The position numbers were made by a program, and so were the translations under genes. 64,000 bases of DNA from Rebecca billardiae RCC1528 (taxonomy: Eukaryota > Protista > Haptophyta). Below are positions 27,882 to 39,480 of this stretch, in pieces. The notes beneath the pieces are model-generated. The model made no database searches and was not told where the DNA came from. It saw only the letters and a program-made list of their open reading frames with translations. Positions within the stretch are counted from its first letter, which is position 1. The number at the start of each line of letters is the position of its first letter. The stretch lies in assembly GCA_965240325.2 (NCBI GenBank), contig OZ251223.1:2418001-2482000 (forward strand), given 5' to 3'.

Positions 27882-30335
27882 CGGCCTCGCGGTCGGCCGA
27901 TTCGCGGCCGCGAGCGGCGCGAATCGGCGCGCAAACTCGGACAGCGCCAGCCGAGACGGGTAGCCGCCGCGCGCGACGCGCACGGCGTCGACGAGCCCCG
28001 CGCACGCGAGCTGGCGGCGCACCAGCGCGGCGTCCACGCTGCGCGCCCGCCCCGCGTGGTTGGGCTTGACGCAGCGCACAAAGTGCACCTGCGTGCCGCC
28101 CAGCAGCCCGAGCAGCTCCGCCAGCGCGTCCGAGAATGCCGCCGCCACGCCGATCAGGTGCTGTGCGCGCCCGCCGCCGCCGCCGCCGCCGGGGTCGGAC
28201 GCGGCGGACGCGTCGCGCTTGGCCGCCGCGCCGCGCCGCTTCTCGCGCCGCCGCGCCGCGCTCCCGCCTGCCGCCGCGCCGCCGCCGCCGCCGCCGCCGC
28301 TGCTCGCCGCGCGCGCGGCGCCGCCCACGTGCGAGTGCGCGCGCGCCAGCTCGGCATCGAGCCCCGAGCCGAAGAGCGCGCGCACGAGCGGCGCGCCCGA
28401 GTCGGCCATCAGCGCGGAGAGCTCGGCGTACAGCGCGTCCTTGTTCTTCGCGAGGAAGTCCGACGCGTCGTACGTCACGGGCAGCGCGTAGTGCCGCACA
28501 CCAAACAGCGGGCGCTCGGCGCGCACGCGCGGCGTGCTGAACGCCGGGTGGCGGCCGTGCCGCGCCGCCAGCTTGGTCACAAAGGACGCGCCGTCGTTCG
28601 AGGGGAACATACACTCCTCGTTGAGCAGCGGGAGGATGCCCGCCGGCCGCGCCTCGAGCAGCTCGAGCACCGCCGAGTTGTCCAGCGCGCCCAGCGCCGC
28701 CTCGGGCAGCGCCACGCCCTCCGCCTCGTACTCGGCGCGTACCCTCAGGATGGCCGCCCGGTGGAAGAGCGCGTGCAGCCTCTCGTTGGCATAGTTGATG
28801 CACAGCTGCTCAAAGCCGTTGGTGTCGAAGGCCTCGAAGCCGAAGATGTCGAGGACGTACAGCCGGCGCCCCTCGTGCCGCGCCGCGCCCCGCGCGTGCC
28901 CCGCCTCGGACAGCGCCGCGTTCAGCGCCGTCACCACGTGGTCGAAGAGGCGCGAGTACAGGGCCTTGGCGAGCGCGTCGCACGAGTCGCGCGCCTCGGG
29001 CACCGACTTGGGCACGCGGCAGACCTCGCCGCCCGCGGCGATCTGGCGCTCGCACAGCGCGCCGCCGAGCGCGGGCGCGTCGACGCGGAGCAGCCGCGCG
29101 CACGCCTCCAGCGCGCGCGCGCCCTCGGCGCCGCCGCCCTCCACCTCGGCGCGCTCGCCGTCCGCGTCTGCGGCCACAAAACCGACCTCAGACAGCCACA
29201 GGCAGGCGGCCACGACGCTCAGCAGCGCGGTGCGCGCGCCGCGCGACGGGAGCAGCCGCTCGAGCCGCGCGAGGGTGTCGTCGCACGCCGCCGCGTCGTC
29301 CAGCGCGCCGCCCTCCGCGTCGCGCAGCCCCTCCAGCCCCGCCCCGGGCAGCAGGCACGCGTACCCACCCGCACGCAGCAGCCCCAGCTCTGACAGCATC
29401 TCGTCGTCCGCCGCACGCTCGGGCGCGGCGTGCGCGCGCGGCGCGTGCGCGCGCGCGCACAGCTGGTAGAAGACGTGGAAGCTGCGCTCGCCGTGCGCGT
29501 GCTCCACCACGCGCGCCTGCTCGAGCAGGTAGTGCGAGAGCGCGCCCCCCGCCACGCGCCCCTCGCCGTCCAGGCACACCTCGATCAGCCGGCCGAAGCG
29601 CGACGAGTTGTCGTTGCGCTGCGTCTTCGCGTTGCCAAACGCCTCGAGGAGCGGGCCGCTCTCGAGCAGCTGCGCGCAGAGCGCCGCGCCGCGCGCCGTC
29701 GCCGCGCGCGCGCTCCCGCCCAGCAGCTCCGCCGCCACCGCGAAGAAGTGCAGGCACAGCTTGCACGACTCGGTCTTGCCCGCGCCGCTCTCGCCCGAGA
29801 CGACGATCGACTGCGCCTCGCCCGCGCGCATCAGCGAGGCGTACGCGACGCCGGCGACTTCGAAGAGGTGGGGGGGGAGGCCGGACGCGTCACCGGGCAG
29901 CACGTCGCGCGTGCCCAGCGCGTACGTGCGCTCGCACCGCGCGTCCCGCAGCGGCGGGATCAGCCTGAACGGGTTCACGGCGACGAGGAGGCCGCCCGCG
30001 CGCGTGTAGATGCGCTCGTGCGGCTCGCGCGAGAGGAAGCGCGAGGCGATTGCGTGCAGCGTGCACGGGTCGTTCAGCACGCTCAGCTCTCCAAGGTCGT
30101 CGGCCGTGTCCGCGTGCCTCGGGTTGGCCGCGAGCAGCTCGCGCATCGGCACGTCGCGCGCCTCGCCGTCGTCAAAGCTGACGCGCGCGCTCGACGCGGG
30201 CGTGCTCACGAGCGCTGGCACGATCTCGCCGCGCAGATAGAGCGCGCCGTCCGCCCCGCCCGAGGGGCTCTCGTACCACACGTCGTCGCCCACCTGGAGC
30301 ATCGGCGCAGCGGACGCTGCATCTGACGACGCCAT
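26949..30335 (-). CDS. Myosin (motor domain, IQ-like neck, short coiled-coil tail), intronless
   Basis: GESGAGKT, LEAFGNAKT.RNDNSSRFG, LDIFGFE, FEQLCINYANERL, HFVRCVKPN; LQATWR IQ-like motif. Confidence 0.95.
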
Positions 30336-30675
30336 CCTCGGCCCGACCAGCGCGGGCGCCTCTTCGACCACCGCGGCGCCGCGATCGACAGTTGGTGGAC
30401 GACGTTTAGCAGGCGGCAACCTGCAGGCGGCCGCCAAAAATGGGCATCAATGGCGTCGTCGGCGTCGGGCGTCCCGGAGGCCCTCTCGTGCTGCTACTGG
30501 TGATCTTCATTTGAGACCCTGTGGTCACCACGGCTTGTGAGCAGGAGCGTGCGTTGGATACTGACACCGTCCCGCCACAGCCCGCCGATCCACCCGTCGG
30601 AGCTGACGTCAGTGCTGTCGCGTCCCTGCGCCCGAGGCTAACCCCCGCGGCGAGTGGCCTGCGGCCGTCACGGGC

Positions 30676-33600
30676 TCACGAGGTCATCTGCTTGGTGAGC
30701 ATGTCCTGGTAGATCTCGACCTGCTCGCGGTGGCGGATGTTCATGAGCGCGAGGCCGATCTGCATCGAGATGGCATTGCACTGGTGCAAGTCACGCTTGT
30801 CAAAAGGCATGCGCTCCCCGCTGCGTGGGTCGAGCTTGTTGATGAGCTGTACGGCGCCGATCACTTCGCCGTCGCCATCGCTGCGCAGCGCGCGGCGGCG
30901 GTCGCGCCGGGTGAGACAGCAAAGGTGGGTATGCAACGAGCCGGCACACGGGGGTTTGCGCGGCGCGTACTGCAGTGGGAGGCAGAGCATCGACACTGTC
31001 CGAAAGCCCGAGCCCTTGTCCACCGCCGGGTTGAAGTTGGGATGCGAGTAGCAGTCCTGCGGATGCCCGGCGCAGGGGCGCCGTCGTCAGCCAGCGCACG
31101 GCTGCACGCAGGTATCGGCTGTGATGGGAGCGGGTGCGCGCACCTCGACGAGAATGTTCTCGTTGTTGACGACCGCCAGGCCGATGACGCCGAGCCGCAC
31201 GCCCGACAGCCTGCGGCGGCAAGGGGCGACGGCGCGTGTCCGCGCGCGCGGACGCATGGTCAGCTCACCATGCGGCCGCAGGCGAGGCCGCGCGCGACGT
31301 GCTGCAGGCGCGCACTTGAGCTCGAAGTTCTTGGCTCCGGCCGCAAAGCATGACGTGAGAGTGTTGCGCTTCCAGTCGTACAGGTAAAGTGTCGAGCGCT
31401 CGGCGTGGATCAGCCGCTGGAACGTCGTCATCACGTTCTCCGTGAGCTCGTTCACGTCGGACGCGTTCATGAGCGTGAGCTGCACCTCGTTCACAATCTC
31501 CGCCTCGCGCGCCTTGGGCAGGCGCGTGCACGCGACGTTGGCGATCGTGCGGTACCAGGTGAGGAGTCGGCGGTCACGCGCGCGCAGCTGCTCGACCGCG
31601 ACGCCCTTGAGAGCCAGCTTGAACGCGAGCTTGCGCATGTGCGGGCTGCCGCCGCTGAATCCACCGCCACGCTGCTTGCGCACGTGCTCGAGCCTCTCGA
31701 TGCTGGCGCAGGCGTGCCGCGCTGCCGCCTCCACAAACACGCGCAGCTCGACGAGCGCCGGGCTGCTCGCGTCCACGTAGAGCTCTGGCACGGGCGCGAC
31801 GATGACGCTCATGACGTACCGGCTCGTCTCCACCTCGAACGGCACAAGGATGAGCGGCTGCCCCTTGACGAGCGTGCCGTCGATCGCGGGGGTGTACTGT
31901 TTGTTGCCCATCGGCCGGAAGATGAGCCGCGTCACCGGGGCATCCGAGCGCAGCATCTCCGCGACGATGCCAGTGGCGTCGGTCGCCCATGGCAACGAGA
32001 GCGGCACCGTCTCGTCGCCCTGCGTCGCGTAGCACGTCAGCGCGCCGCGCGGAGAGAGATGGTACAGTCGGATGAAGGTCTGGCCTGCGCGCTGCATCTG
32101 CTCGCATGCGGTCACGAGGCGCGCGTGGATGACCGCCTCGGTGTCGCCCGCGCTCGACGAGCTGAGCAGCCAGACGAGGGCCTGCAGCTTGCGAGCCGTG
32201 GCCTGCTGCGGCAAGGTCCACGATGCGACGGTCTGCTCAGCCACGCTCGGGAGCAGAAAGTGCTCGTCGGCCGCCAAGGCCACGGCCAGCATGGCCGCCA
32301 CGTTGGTGTTGCCACCCACCGTCGACGGGATGGCGACTGCCGAGCGCGACGACTGTGCGCGCCCGAGCTTCGATTTGGACGGGCTTGACGGTCCGCCCGT
32401 GCCCACGCCCGACGTGACTTGCGCATCGGGCGTCGACGTCTTGCGCGCGCCGGCTTGGGCGAGCTCCTCCCCCCTGCTATTGCCCCGCTTCAGCTTGGAG
32501 GGTGGGCGCGGCACGGCGTCGCGCTTTGGCGGCGCCTGCTCTGAGTTGACCCGCCGCGGCTTGTTCGATCCCGAGCGGGTCGGCGGCGTGGCGGCGCGAT
32601 CGTTCGGCGACTCAGGCTGGGCCTCGGTCGCATGCTCAGCGCTGCTCTCGCCGAGCTCAAAGTCGACTTGGCCGCGTGCGGCCAGGCCGGCCCCCGCGTC
32701 GCCGGTCGCCGATGCGTCCGACCGCTCTCCGGCGTCGTGTTTGTCCAGGATGCCATCATCACCTGAGTGCGTGCCGTCCTCCGTCGCGAAGCTGGGCTCG
32801 ACAGACGACGTAGGCTCTGCGGGCGGCGAATCATCGCTGCGCGCCTTTCGCGAGGGCTCAGATGGCGGCACCGTGGTCGCGCGATGCTGGCGTGCCGACT
32901 CCGGCTGCGCGGCGGCGCTCGGCTGCGCTGCCGGCGGTGCTGCGACCGGTGTCGGGGCCGGCAGTGCAACCGGCGCCGCGCTCGGCAGCGTGACCTGGTG
33001 CGTATCCGCCGAGGGGAGTGGTGGCACCCGATGCAGCGCGGCTGGAGGGAGAGCCGGCGGTGCCACCGGCGGTGCGGTCAGTGGTCCAATGGCCAGCTCG
33101 AGCGGCAGTGGGCTGATCATATCTGCCTCGGAGGACCATCCAGTGCGCTCGTCGTCGATCGCGTGATGGTGATGGACTGGCTGCAGGCCGCCCCCGCCCA
33201 GCGTGATCCCGACCGGCATACCGCGGTCGATGGGCTGTATCGTGCGATCCTGGCCGAGCTGCGAGTTCGACGGCCCCGAGGCCAGCGCACTCGCCCGTGC
33301 GTACCTGACGTGCTCGCCTGCGGAGCTTGTCATCGGCCGGTGCTCCTGCTCGTGCCCCGCGACTGAGGGGCGGAGGGGAGCAGTCGACGGCCGTTCTGAT
33401 GGCGACCGTCGCTCCGAGACGGCTGCCGGATCGACGTGGTCGCCGTGTAGCGCCCAGCTGTGCCATTGCGCGCGAATGTTCTCCATCCGCTGCCGCGCTG
33501 CGCCCACGTCGAAGCTCGATGATTCGGAAAGGAGCTCGTCCGTGAGCCTGAACAGCTCGGCGATGAGCTCTCCCACCTCGCCCATCCCACCTTGCAGCGC

Positions 33601-33969
33601 ATCGCGGCCTCCGGGGATGGCGAGGAGTGTCGAGAGCTCTCTCGAGGCAGTGCCGTTCAGGCATCGGACGATGCACCGGTTCGCCCGCACATTCAGCCGC
33701 AGCTGGTGCGTGTTTGCGCCCGACCAGAGGTACGACGCCTTGCTGTAGCCGGTCTTTGGGTCGCGGAACGCGAGGCTCACGTCGTTTGGCGGCGAGAGCG
33801 ACTCCCAGCGAGTCGCGCGCATGCGGCGAACGCGAGGACCAACGGGAGACAGACCCGCCGTGCTGCCGAGCATGACGCGCGCCCTCCCCTCAGGAGCCGA
33901 CCTCGGTAGCTCGATCTCGCTTGCCAAGTGCGGGCCTGTTACGCGTGCCCCATGGAAGACTTCTGCAGG
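30676..33969 (-). pseudogene. GAF-domain protein; main body of a gene whose first 23 codons (39867-39797) appear separated by the DIRS element
   Basis: Introns 31315-31211, 31143-31057 and 30970-30881 assemble AERSTLYL...DCYSHPNFNPAVDKGSGFRTVSMLCLPLHDGDGEVIGAVQLINK..FDKRD, a PDE-type GAF domain. The 3' end is uncertain. Confidence 0.75.
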
Positions 33970-33999
33970 TTTGCCCACAGTCAGTTAAGACCATCAGTT

Positions 34000-34163
34000 G
34001 CCATAAGCTACGCTCTTTAAGTGTACGCCCTCCCAGTGGGAGGTATGGCCCCGGCACGCGGGCTATTCCCGCGTGCGCACAGCCATAAGCTACGCTCTTT
34101 AAGTGTACGCCCTCCCAGTGGGAGGTATGGCCCCGGCACGCGGGCTATTCCCGCGTGCGCACA
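34000..34163. repeat. 82-bp exact tandem duplication containing two hairpins per unit, between A2 and B2
   Basis: Units 34000-34081 and 34082-34163; stems CCTCCC/GGGAGG and GCACGCGGG/CCCGCGTGC. Confidence 0.92.
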
Positions 34164-34194
34164 CAGACCCAACAGAGGGGTGGGAGAGGCCGGG

Positions 34195-34510
34195 TGACGC
34201 GTGTGGATCCTCACAGGAGCCACACAAGTCAACAGAGTGGGAGGTGACCAAGTTTTTGGCCCCCTCCTCGGGCGGAGCACGAGCGCGCCGCGCCGTTGGC
34301 GACGGCACGCGCCGCGCCGGTGCACCGGCGCGCTTAATAGCAGCGCGCTCCGTCGAGCACTCGCGACGAAGCAGCCGGCGCACGGCGCAGCGGGCTGGCC
34401 GATGGCGGCGGCGGCCATGCATGAACCTCGGCCGCCATCGGGAAAACCCGTGCTCACCGCCCGGACCACGATGACGATGCAAACCCATGGAACAGTGAGT
34501 GACAGAGCAT
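34195..34510 (-). repeat. Repeat A2 of DIRS element (316 bp)
   Basis: Matches 39481-39796. Confidence 0.95.
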
Positions 34511-34533
34511 TTGCCCACAGTCAGTTAAGACCA

Positions 34534-35634
34534 TCAGTTGCCATGAAGAAGAGACCTCGGGGGCGGCGCCGGTGCCAGCCAGCCGAAGAGCCGCCAGCAC
34601 GCGTCGTCAGCGATGCACGTCGGGTCGATGTAGTCGTGCACCGCAGCCGAGCGGATCGACCAGCCACCCATGTGGCAGATCTTGTCGAGCACAACATTGA
34701 TCGCGCTCGACGCGCTCGCCGCGCCCTTGCGCGCCGAGTGAGACGTCCACTTCTGCCCCAGCGGCGCGCGTGCCCCGAGGTGGTGCAGGACGAGCTGCAG
34801 CCACTCGTCCAGCACGGGAGCGCGGAAGCGGCGCCCGCGCTCCCACGGCAGCGCAAAGTAGCTCGCGCCGGGAGCCGCCGGCCCGCGCAAGCGCTCCCAC
34901 GTGCGCAGCAGGCGCTGCACGTCCGGCAGCGCGCCCTCCGGAATGCGGATCACGCGCGAGTGCCGCCGGTGCGAGCGCCCCTTCTCGCGCACGTTGACGA
35001 GCGCGATGCCGCCGTGCTGCGTGTCGATGTCGGAGCAGCGCAGCGCGGCGCCCGTGTCCGAGCGCGCGAACCAGACGAAGTTGAGCACCACCGCGACCGC
35101 AGCGCGGAAAAGCTGCGCAGGCCGCGGATCGCGCGCGGAGACGCGCACGCGCGCACCCAGCGCCCAGTCGAGCGCCTCGGAGACGACGCGCGCCGGGAGG
35201 TACACCCGCTCCGCGGCGCGGCCGCCCTGCAGCTGCCGATTGGCGAGGCCCCGCCGAAAGCGGGTCACCGCCGGGCCGATCGCGGGCCGCTCGAGCAGCA
35301 AGTCGCGATGCACCGCGTTGATCGCGGAGAGGTACGGCTGCAGGCTGTCCGCCGCGACCGTGCCGCGCGCGCCAATGTGCGCGAGGTAGCGCAGCACCGT
35401 CGCCGTCGAGGCAGGCAGCGCCGCAGGCGAGTCCGCCTGCGACGCGCACCACGCCTCAAAGGCCGCCCAGTGACGGCCGTATGCGCGAGCCGAGCTGGAC
35501 TGCAGGCTGGACGCGAGCGTGTCCAGCACGAACGCCGTTTGCGGCGTGTCGCCCAGCTGCGCCGCCCACGCGCGAGCGGCCGCCGCCGCCCAAGGCACGC
35601 GCGGGGCAGGCCCCGCCACGTGCGGCGGGGTCAC
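34534..35634 (-). CDS. Tyrosine recombinase of DIRS element
   Basis: AY.RHW..F..WC, LQPYLSAIN..H, FARSDT, EKG, SHSARKGAAS, GGW, DYIDP: catalytic R-K-HxxR-W-Y set intact. A GTG at 35634 overlaps the RT stop (GTGA); the true start is uncertain. Confidence 0.92.
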   Translation of the reverse strand: MTPPHVAGPAPRVPWAAAAARAWAAQLGDTPQTAFVLDTLASSLQSSSARAYGRHWAAFEAWCASQADSPAALPASTATVLRYLAHIGARGTVAADSLQPYLSAINAVHRDLLLERPAIGPAVTRFRRGLANRQLQGGRAAERVYLPARVVSEALDWALGARVRVSARDPRPAQLFRAAVAVVLNFVWFARSDTGAALRCSDIDTQHGGIALVNVREKGRSHRRHSRVIRIPEGALPDVQRLLRTWERLRGPAAPGASYFALPWERGRRFRAPVLDEWLQLVLHHLGARAPLGQKWTSHSARKGAASASSAINVVLDKICHMGGWSIRSAAVHDYIDPTCIADDACWRLFGWLAPAPPPRSLLHGN

Positions 35635-38228
35635 CCGCGCCGCCGCAAGCGGAACACCGCGAGCGGCGCGAGGTGCGTCGCCCGCATGACCCGCGGCGAC
35701 GCCGCCGGGTGCACGTCCACCGAGCTGCTGGCCGGCAGCAGCACGAGATCGGCAGCGAGCTCGAAGAGGCGCTGAAACCAGCTTTGCGCGGGCCAGTACG
35801 GCGCGACCACCGTCGCGTCGGGGCGCTGCTCCTCGAGCAGCTGCGCGACCTGGTCGAGCAGCCGCGTCGGCGGGAAGACGTAATTGTTCTCGCCGCGCCA
35901 ATCGCGCGAGAAGGCGTTCACCGCCTCGACCGCGCCGCCCGCCGGAGTCAGCGCGTTGCAGCGCGCGAGCAGCCGATTGTCCGGCGCCGCGAAGCGATCG
36001 ATCGTGTGCGGCCCCCAGCGGCGCTCGAGCGCCGCAAAGGCCGCCGGGCGCAGCGACGTCTCGTCCTCCGCGCGCAGCCGGCTGAGCGAGTCCGCCCCGA
36101 CGTTGTCCTCGGAGCGGATGTACTCGACCCGCAGGTCGATGCCCTCCGAGTCGAGTAGCCACCAGACGCGGCGCAGCAGCCGCATCAACTCGCGCGAGCG
36201 CGACGTGCCCGCCGTGAGGATCTGCCGCACCGCCTGGTTGTCCTCCCATAGGAGGACGGCGCGCCCACGCAGGCGCGAGATGAACGCGTCGAGCGAGCGC
36301 TGTACCGCGAGAAGCTCGAGGTACGTGATGTGGTGGCCTCGCTCGCGCGGCGTCCAAAACCCGTGCGCGGGCACGGTCTCCTCCAGCATGCCGCCCCAGC
36401 CGCGGCGGCTCGCGTCGCAGTGCAAGGTGACCTCGGCCGGCGAGCGCCAGATCGCCCGGCTCACCGCCGCGGTGGGCAACGCCGCCCACCAGCGGAGGTC
36501 GCGCAGTGCCTGCCGCGTGAGCCGCACGAGCGAGCCCCACGACGCGCGGGACGCGATGACCGTGTGCAGCTCGCGCAGGTAGAAGCGCGCGGCCGGGCAC
36601 GCGAGGTGCACCGACTGAGCGCGGCCCACCAGGCAGGACAGCCGGATCGCCGAGACGAGCCGGCGGCGGCTCGCGGCGACGCAGAGCAGCTCGCGAGCCT
36701 GGGCTGCGATCTGCTGCTGCTTGCGCGGCGGCACGAGGAAGAGGCCGCGCGCGGTGTCCACCTCGATGCCGAGGTGCTCGAGCCGCTGCGTCGGCTCCCA
36801 GAAGCCCTTGTCCGGATGGCGGACAAGGCCGAGCCGGTCGAGCAGCTGCTGGACGAAGCGCCGACACGCGAGGCAGCTGTCGCGGGAGGGGGCGACGATG
36901 AGGAAGTCGTCCACGTACGGCAGCACCCGCATCCCGCGCGCCGCCGGATCGCGCCGTCGGACGCGCCGCAGCAGCGCGCGCGCCGCCGCGCTCAGCGCGC
37001 CCGCGCGCTGAGCCACGCGCGGCGCCGCGCGCGGCGCGCGCAGCTGCTGCACCATCACGCGCATCACCTTGGTGAAGACGTATGGGCTGAGGTTCCAGCC
37101 GAAGGGCAGCGCCGCGCACTGGAAGTAGCGCGGCGCGCCGTCGGGCCCCGGCAGGCTGAACGTGAAGTAGCGCCGGTGCTCGGGATGGATCCCGATGGCG
37201 TGGTATCCATCCTGCAGATCGAAGGATAGCATCCAATCGCCTCGACGCGCGAGCCGCTGCAGCCGCCGGAGGGACTCGTAGCGGCAGCTGGCCGGCGCGC
37301 ACCACTCGTTCAGCGCGCGGAGGTCGACCACCAGGCGCCACTTGGGTGGCGCCCCGGGCGGGGTGGGCTTGGGCACGAGGAAGGCCCGGCTCACGTGCGA
37401 GCGGCACTCCGCCGGCTCCCACGCGCCCGTCGCCAGGCAGCGCGCGGTCTCCTGCTCGAGGAAAGCGAGCTGCTCGGGCGTCGCGTCCGTCAGGCTCTCG
37501 CCCAAGTGGAAGGGCGGAGGCGGCCGCCCGCGAAGCCACGGGCAGCGCACGCCCTCGCGCAGCCATCGCAGCACGCGCGGGGACGCGCCGGCACGCTGCC
37601 ATTCGGACAGCTGCCGGCGGACGCGGTGGCGCAGCTTGGGCGAGCTGCGCACGGCCGGCGGCGGCGTCGGGGCGCGCCGCGCCGGCGGGGATGACGAGTC
37701 GCCACCGTGGGCGAGCTGCGGCCCGCCCATGCGGGCGGGCCAGGAGCCGGCCCCCGACGACGGGGGTCGGCTCCGCCGGTCGGGCGGGCGCGATGTCGCG
37801 TCCGCCCGCTCGCGCGCCCGGAAGGCCGGGCGCGGAGTCGGCGACCGGCCGCGCGCGCGCGCGCTCCCAAGTGGGGAGTCGCCCGCGCGCGCGCGCGGCC
37901 GGCGGCGAGGGGGCGGCGCCGGCCCGGCGTCGCGCCCCAGTGGGCGCGCACGTCGGGGCAGCGGGGGAGGCGGCGGCGAGCGATCGCCACCGCCACCCCC
38001 GCCACCGCGCCGCGCCGGCGGGCCCCCTCGCCGCGCCTCACTTGCGAGAGGCGCGCTGCGCGCCGGCGGCAGCGCCCCTGCCGCCGCCGCCGGCCCCACG
38101 GCCCGAGCCGCCGCCGCCGCCGCCGCCACCGCGGCCGCGGAGGCCGGAGCCGCGACCCGCGCCGCCGCCGCCGTGGCGTCCGCCGCCGCCGCCGAGCTCC
38201 GAGTGCGCGCCCGTGTCCGAGCCACCAT
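35631..38228 (-). CDS. DIRS reverse transcriptase + RNase H + adenine-methyltransferase-like domain
   Basis: FLVPK, RLVVDLR.LN, DLQDGY, LPFGWNLSPYVF, YVDDF; CDAS, HITYLEL, EDN, N..ADSLSR; WGPHTIDRFA..N, DW..ENNYVFPP, P.WPAQSW. Confidence 0.93.
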   Translation of the reverse strand: MVARTRARTRSSAAAADATAAAARVAAPASAAAVAAAAAAARAVGPAAAAGALPPARSAPLASEARRGGPPARRGGGGGGGDRSPPPPPLPRRARPLGRDAGPAPPPRRRPRARAGDSPLGSARARGRSPTPRPAFRARERADATSRPPDRRSRPPSSGAGSWPARMGGPQLAHGGDSSSPPARRAPTPPPAVRSSPKLRHRVRRQLSEWQRAGASPRVLRWLREGVRCPWLRGRPPPPFHLGESLTDATPEQLAFLEQETARCLATGAWEPAECRSHVSRAFLVPKPTPPGAPPKWRLVVDLRALNEWCAPASCRYESLRRLQRLARRGDWMLSFDLQDGYHAIGIHPEHRRYFTFSLPGPDGAPRYFQCAALPFGWNLSPYVFTKVMRVMVQQLRAPRAAPRVAQRAGALSAAARALLRRVRRRDPAARGMRVLPYVDDFLIVAPSRDSCLACRRFVQQLLDRLGLVRHPDKGFWEPTQRLEHLGIEVDTARGLFLVPPRKQQQIAAQARELLCVAASRRRLVSAIRLSCLVGRAQSVHLACPAARFYLRELHTVIASRASWGSLVRLTRQALRDLRWWAALPTAAVSRAIWRSPAEVTLHCDASRRGWGGMLEETVPAHGFWTPRERGHHITYLELLAVQRSLDAFISRLRGRAVLLWEDNQAVRQILTAGTSRSRELMRLLRRVWWLLDSEGIDLRVEYIRSEDNVGADSLSRLRAEDETSLRPAAFAALERRWGPHTIDRFAAPDNRLLARCNALTPAGGAVEAVNAFSRDWRGENNYVFPPTRLLDQVAQLLEEQRPDATVVAPYWPAQSWFQRLFELAADLVLLPASSSVDVHPAASPRVMRATHLAPLAVFRLRRRG

Positions 38229-39384
38229 CGGCCTCGACGCCGCCCAAGCCGCGGCCCGTCGCCGCCAGCACGCGCAGGTGCGAGGCCTTGGCCGCGCGGA
38301 AGTACTCCTCCTGCGCGCGCGCGACGTCGGCGTCGAGCGGGACCCCGTCCGCCGCGTCGATCCGGCGCTCGACGAACTCGGAGATGAAGTCGAGCTCGGC
38401 GCGCTGCGCCGCGTTGAGCTCCTTCGGGAAGCGCGCGCGCACCAAGTCGAGCGAGTAGGCGCGGTGGAGCATCTTGGAAACGCCGTCGACCGTGTTGAGC
38501 ACGCGCTGCACGTCGTCGCCCGTGATCTCCTCGCCCACGTTCAGATCCGCGATGATCGCCTCGAGCTCCCGCTCCGCGTTGAAGAGCGAGAAGAGGCACG
38601 ACGAGTTGAGCACGACGCTGCGGCAAACCGCCGACTGCTGGCGCAGCTCCCCGTGACCCTTGTGGAGACGCTGGATCGCCCAGTTGCCGTACTCGGTGAA
38701 GAGCTGGGGCTTCACCTTCTGGCCCCCCGGGATGTTGACGGTGCGAAGGAACGGGTTGTTGTCGGCGACCGGGGCGTAACGCCGGCCGGCCTCGTCCTCC
38801 GAGTTGACGCCGCGGCCGTCCTGCTCGCGCGTCTGCAGCGCCTCGATCGCGGCGCCCTGCGCGTCCATGCGCTCGACGAGCGAGCTCATCACGTCCTGAA
38901 AGGCCGACATGGACGTGGCGATCGACTCAACCTGCTCGGAGAGACGCTCAAGGCCGGAGCCGGCCCGGGGCGAAGCGCCGGGCAGAGCGGCGCGGCGCAG
39001 TGGGTCCGGTGTAGGCGGCCGACCGCCATCGCCGTCCCCGTCCGTGTCCCCGCCCTCGTCGCCCTCGAGGCCAGAGCAGTCCTCGTCGTCGTCGCCGCCG
39101 CCGTCGCCGTCGTCGTCGTCGCACGCCGCGGCCGAGCCCGCAGCGCGCGCCGCAGCGCGCGCCGTGGAGCGCGGAGGAGCGCCGGAGACGCCGCCGCGCG
39201 CGGCGTCGCCGGTCTCGGCGTTGGTCTTGGGGCCGGTGCCCAGGCGCGCGCTCCGGCGCGCCTGGCCCGCGGGTGGCACGCGCGCGTCCGTCGTCGCGCG
39301 CGCGCCGGCAATCATTTCCTCCTGGTTCTCGCCGCGCTCGTCGCCAGCGGCAGGAGTAGGAGGGGTGGTGCGCTTGGCGGACAT
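38038..39384 (-). CDS. Gag-like ORF1 of DIRS element
   Basis: ORF after A1 starting MSAKRTT, with a coiled-coil segment; overlaps the RT ORF in another frame, as is usual for DIRS elements. Confidence 0.7.
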   Translation of the reverse strand: MSAKRTTPPTPAAGDERGENQEEMIAGARATTDARVPPAGQARRSARLGTGPKTNAETGDAARGGVSGAPPRSTARAAARAAGSAAACDDDDGDGGGDDDEDCSGLEGDEGGDTDGDGDGGRPPTPDPLRRAALPGASPRAGSGLERLSEQVESIATSMSAFQDVMSSLVERMDAQGAAIEALQTREQDGRGVNSEDEAGRRYAPVADNNPFLRTVNIPGGQKVKPQLFTEYGNWAIQRLHKGHGELRQQSAVCRSVVLNSSCLFSLFNAERELEAIIADLNVGEEITGDDVQRVLNTVDGVSKMLHRAYSLDLVRARFPKELNAAQRAELDFISEFVERRIDAADGVPLDADVARAQEEYFRAAKASHLRVLAATGRGLGGVEADGGSDTGAHSELGGGGGRHGGGGAGRGSGLRGRGGGGGGGGSGRGAGGGGRGAAAGAQRASRK

Positions 39385-39480
39385 GATCCCCGAGCGCCTC
39401 TTCGACGGAGAGAAGAGCTTCGCCGGCAGGAGGCCGGCGGGGAGGTAGCTTGTCACGCGGAGCCGAAGGCGCCGCGGAGT

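Noticed and set aside
26814-29393. 859-aa plus-strand ORF, and similar long Arg/Ala-rich ORFs (e.g. 40327-42315, 61227-63731, 37342-39483)
   Set aside because: Stop-poor alternative frames caused by extreme GC codon bias over real genes.
35635-37602. Upstream two-thirds of the 1022-aa YR ORF as a real protein region
   Set aside because: It overlaps RT/RH in another frame and is low-complexity. Such overlap is common in DIRS elements but there is no domain evidence, so only 34534-35634 was called.
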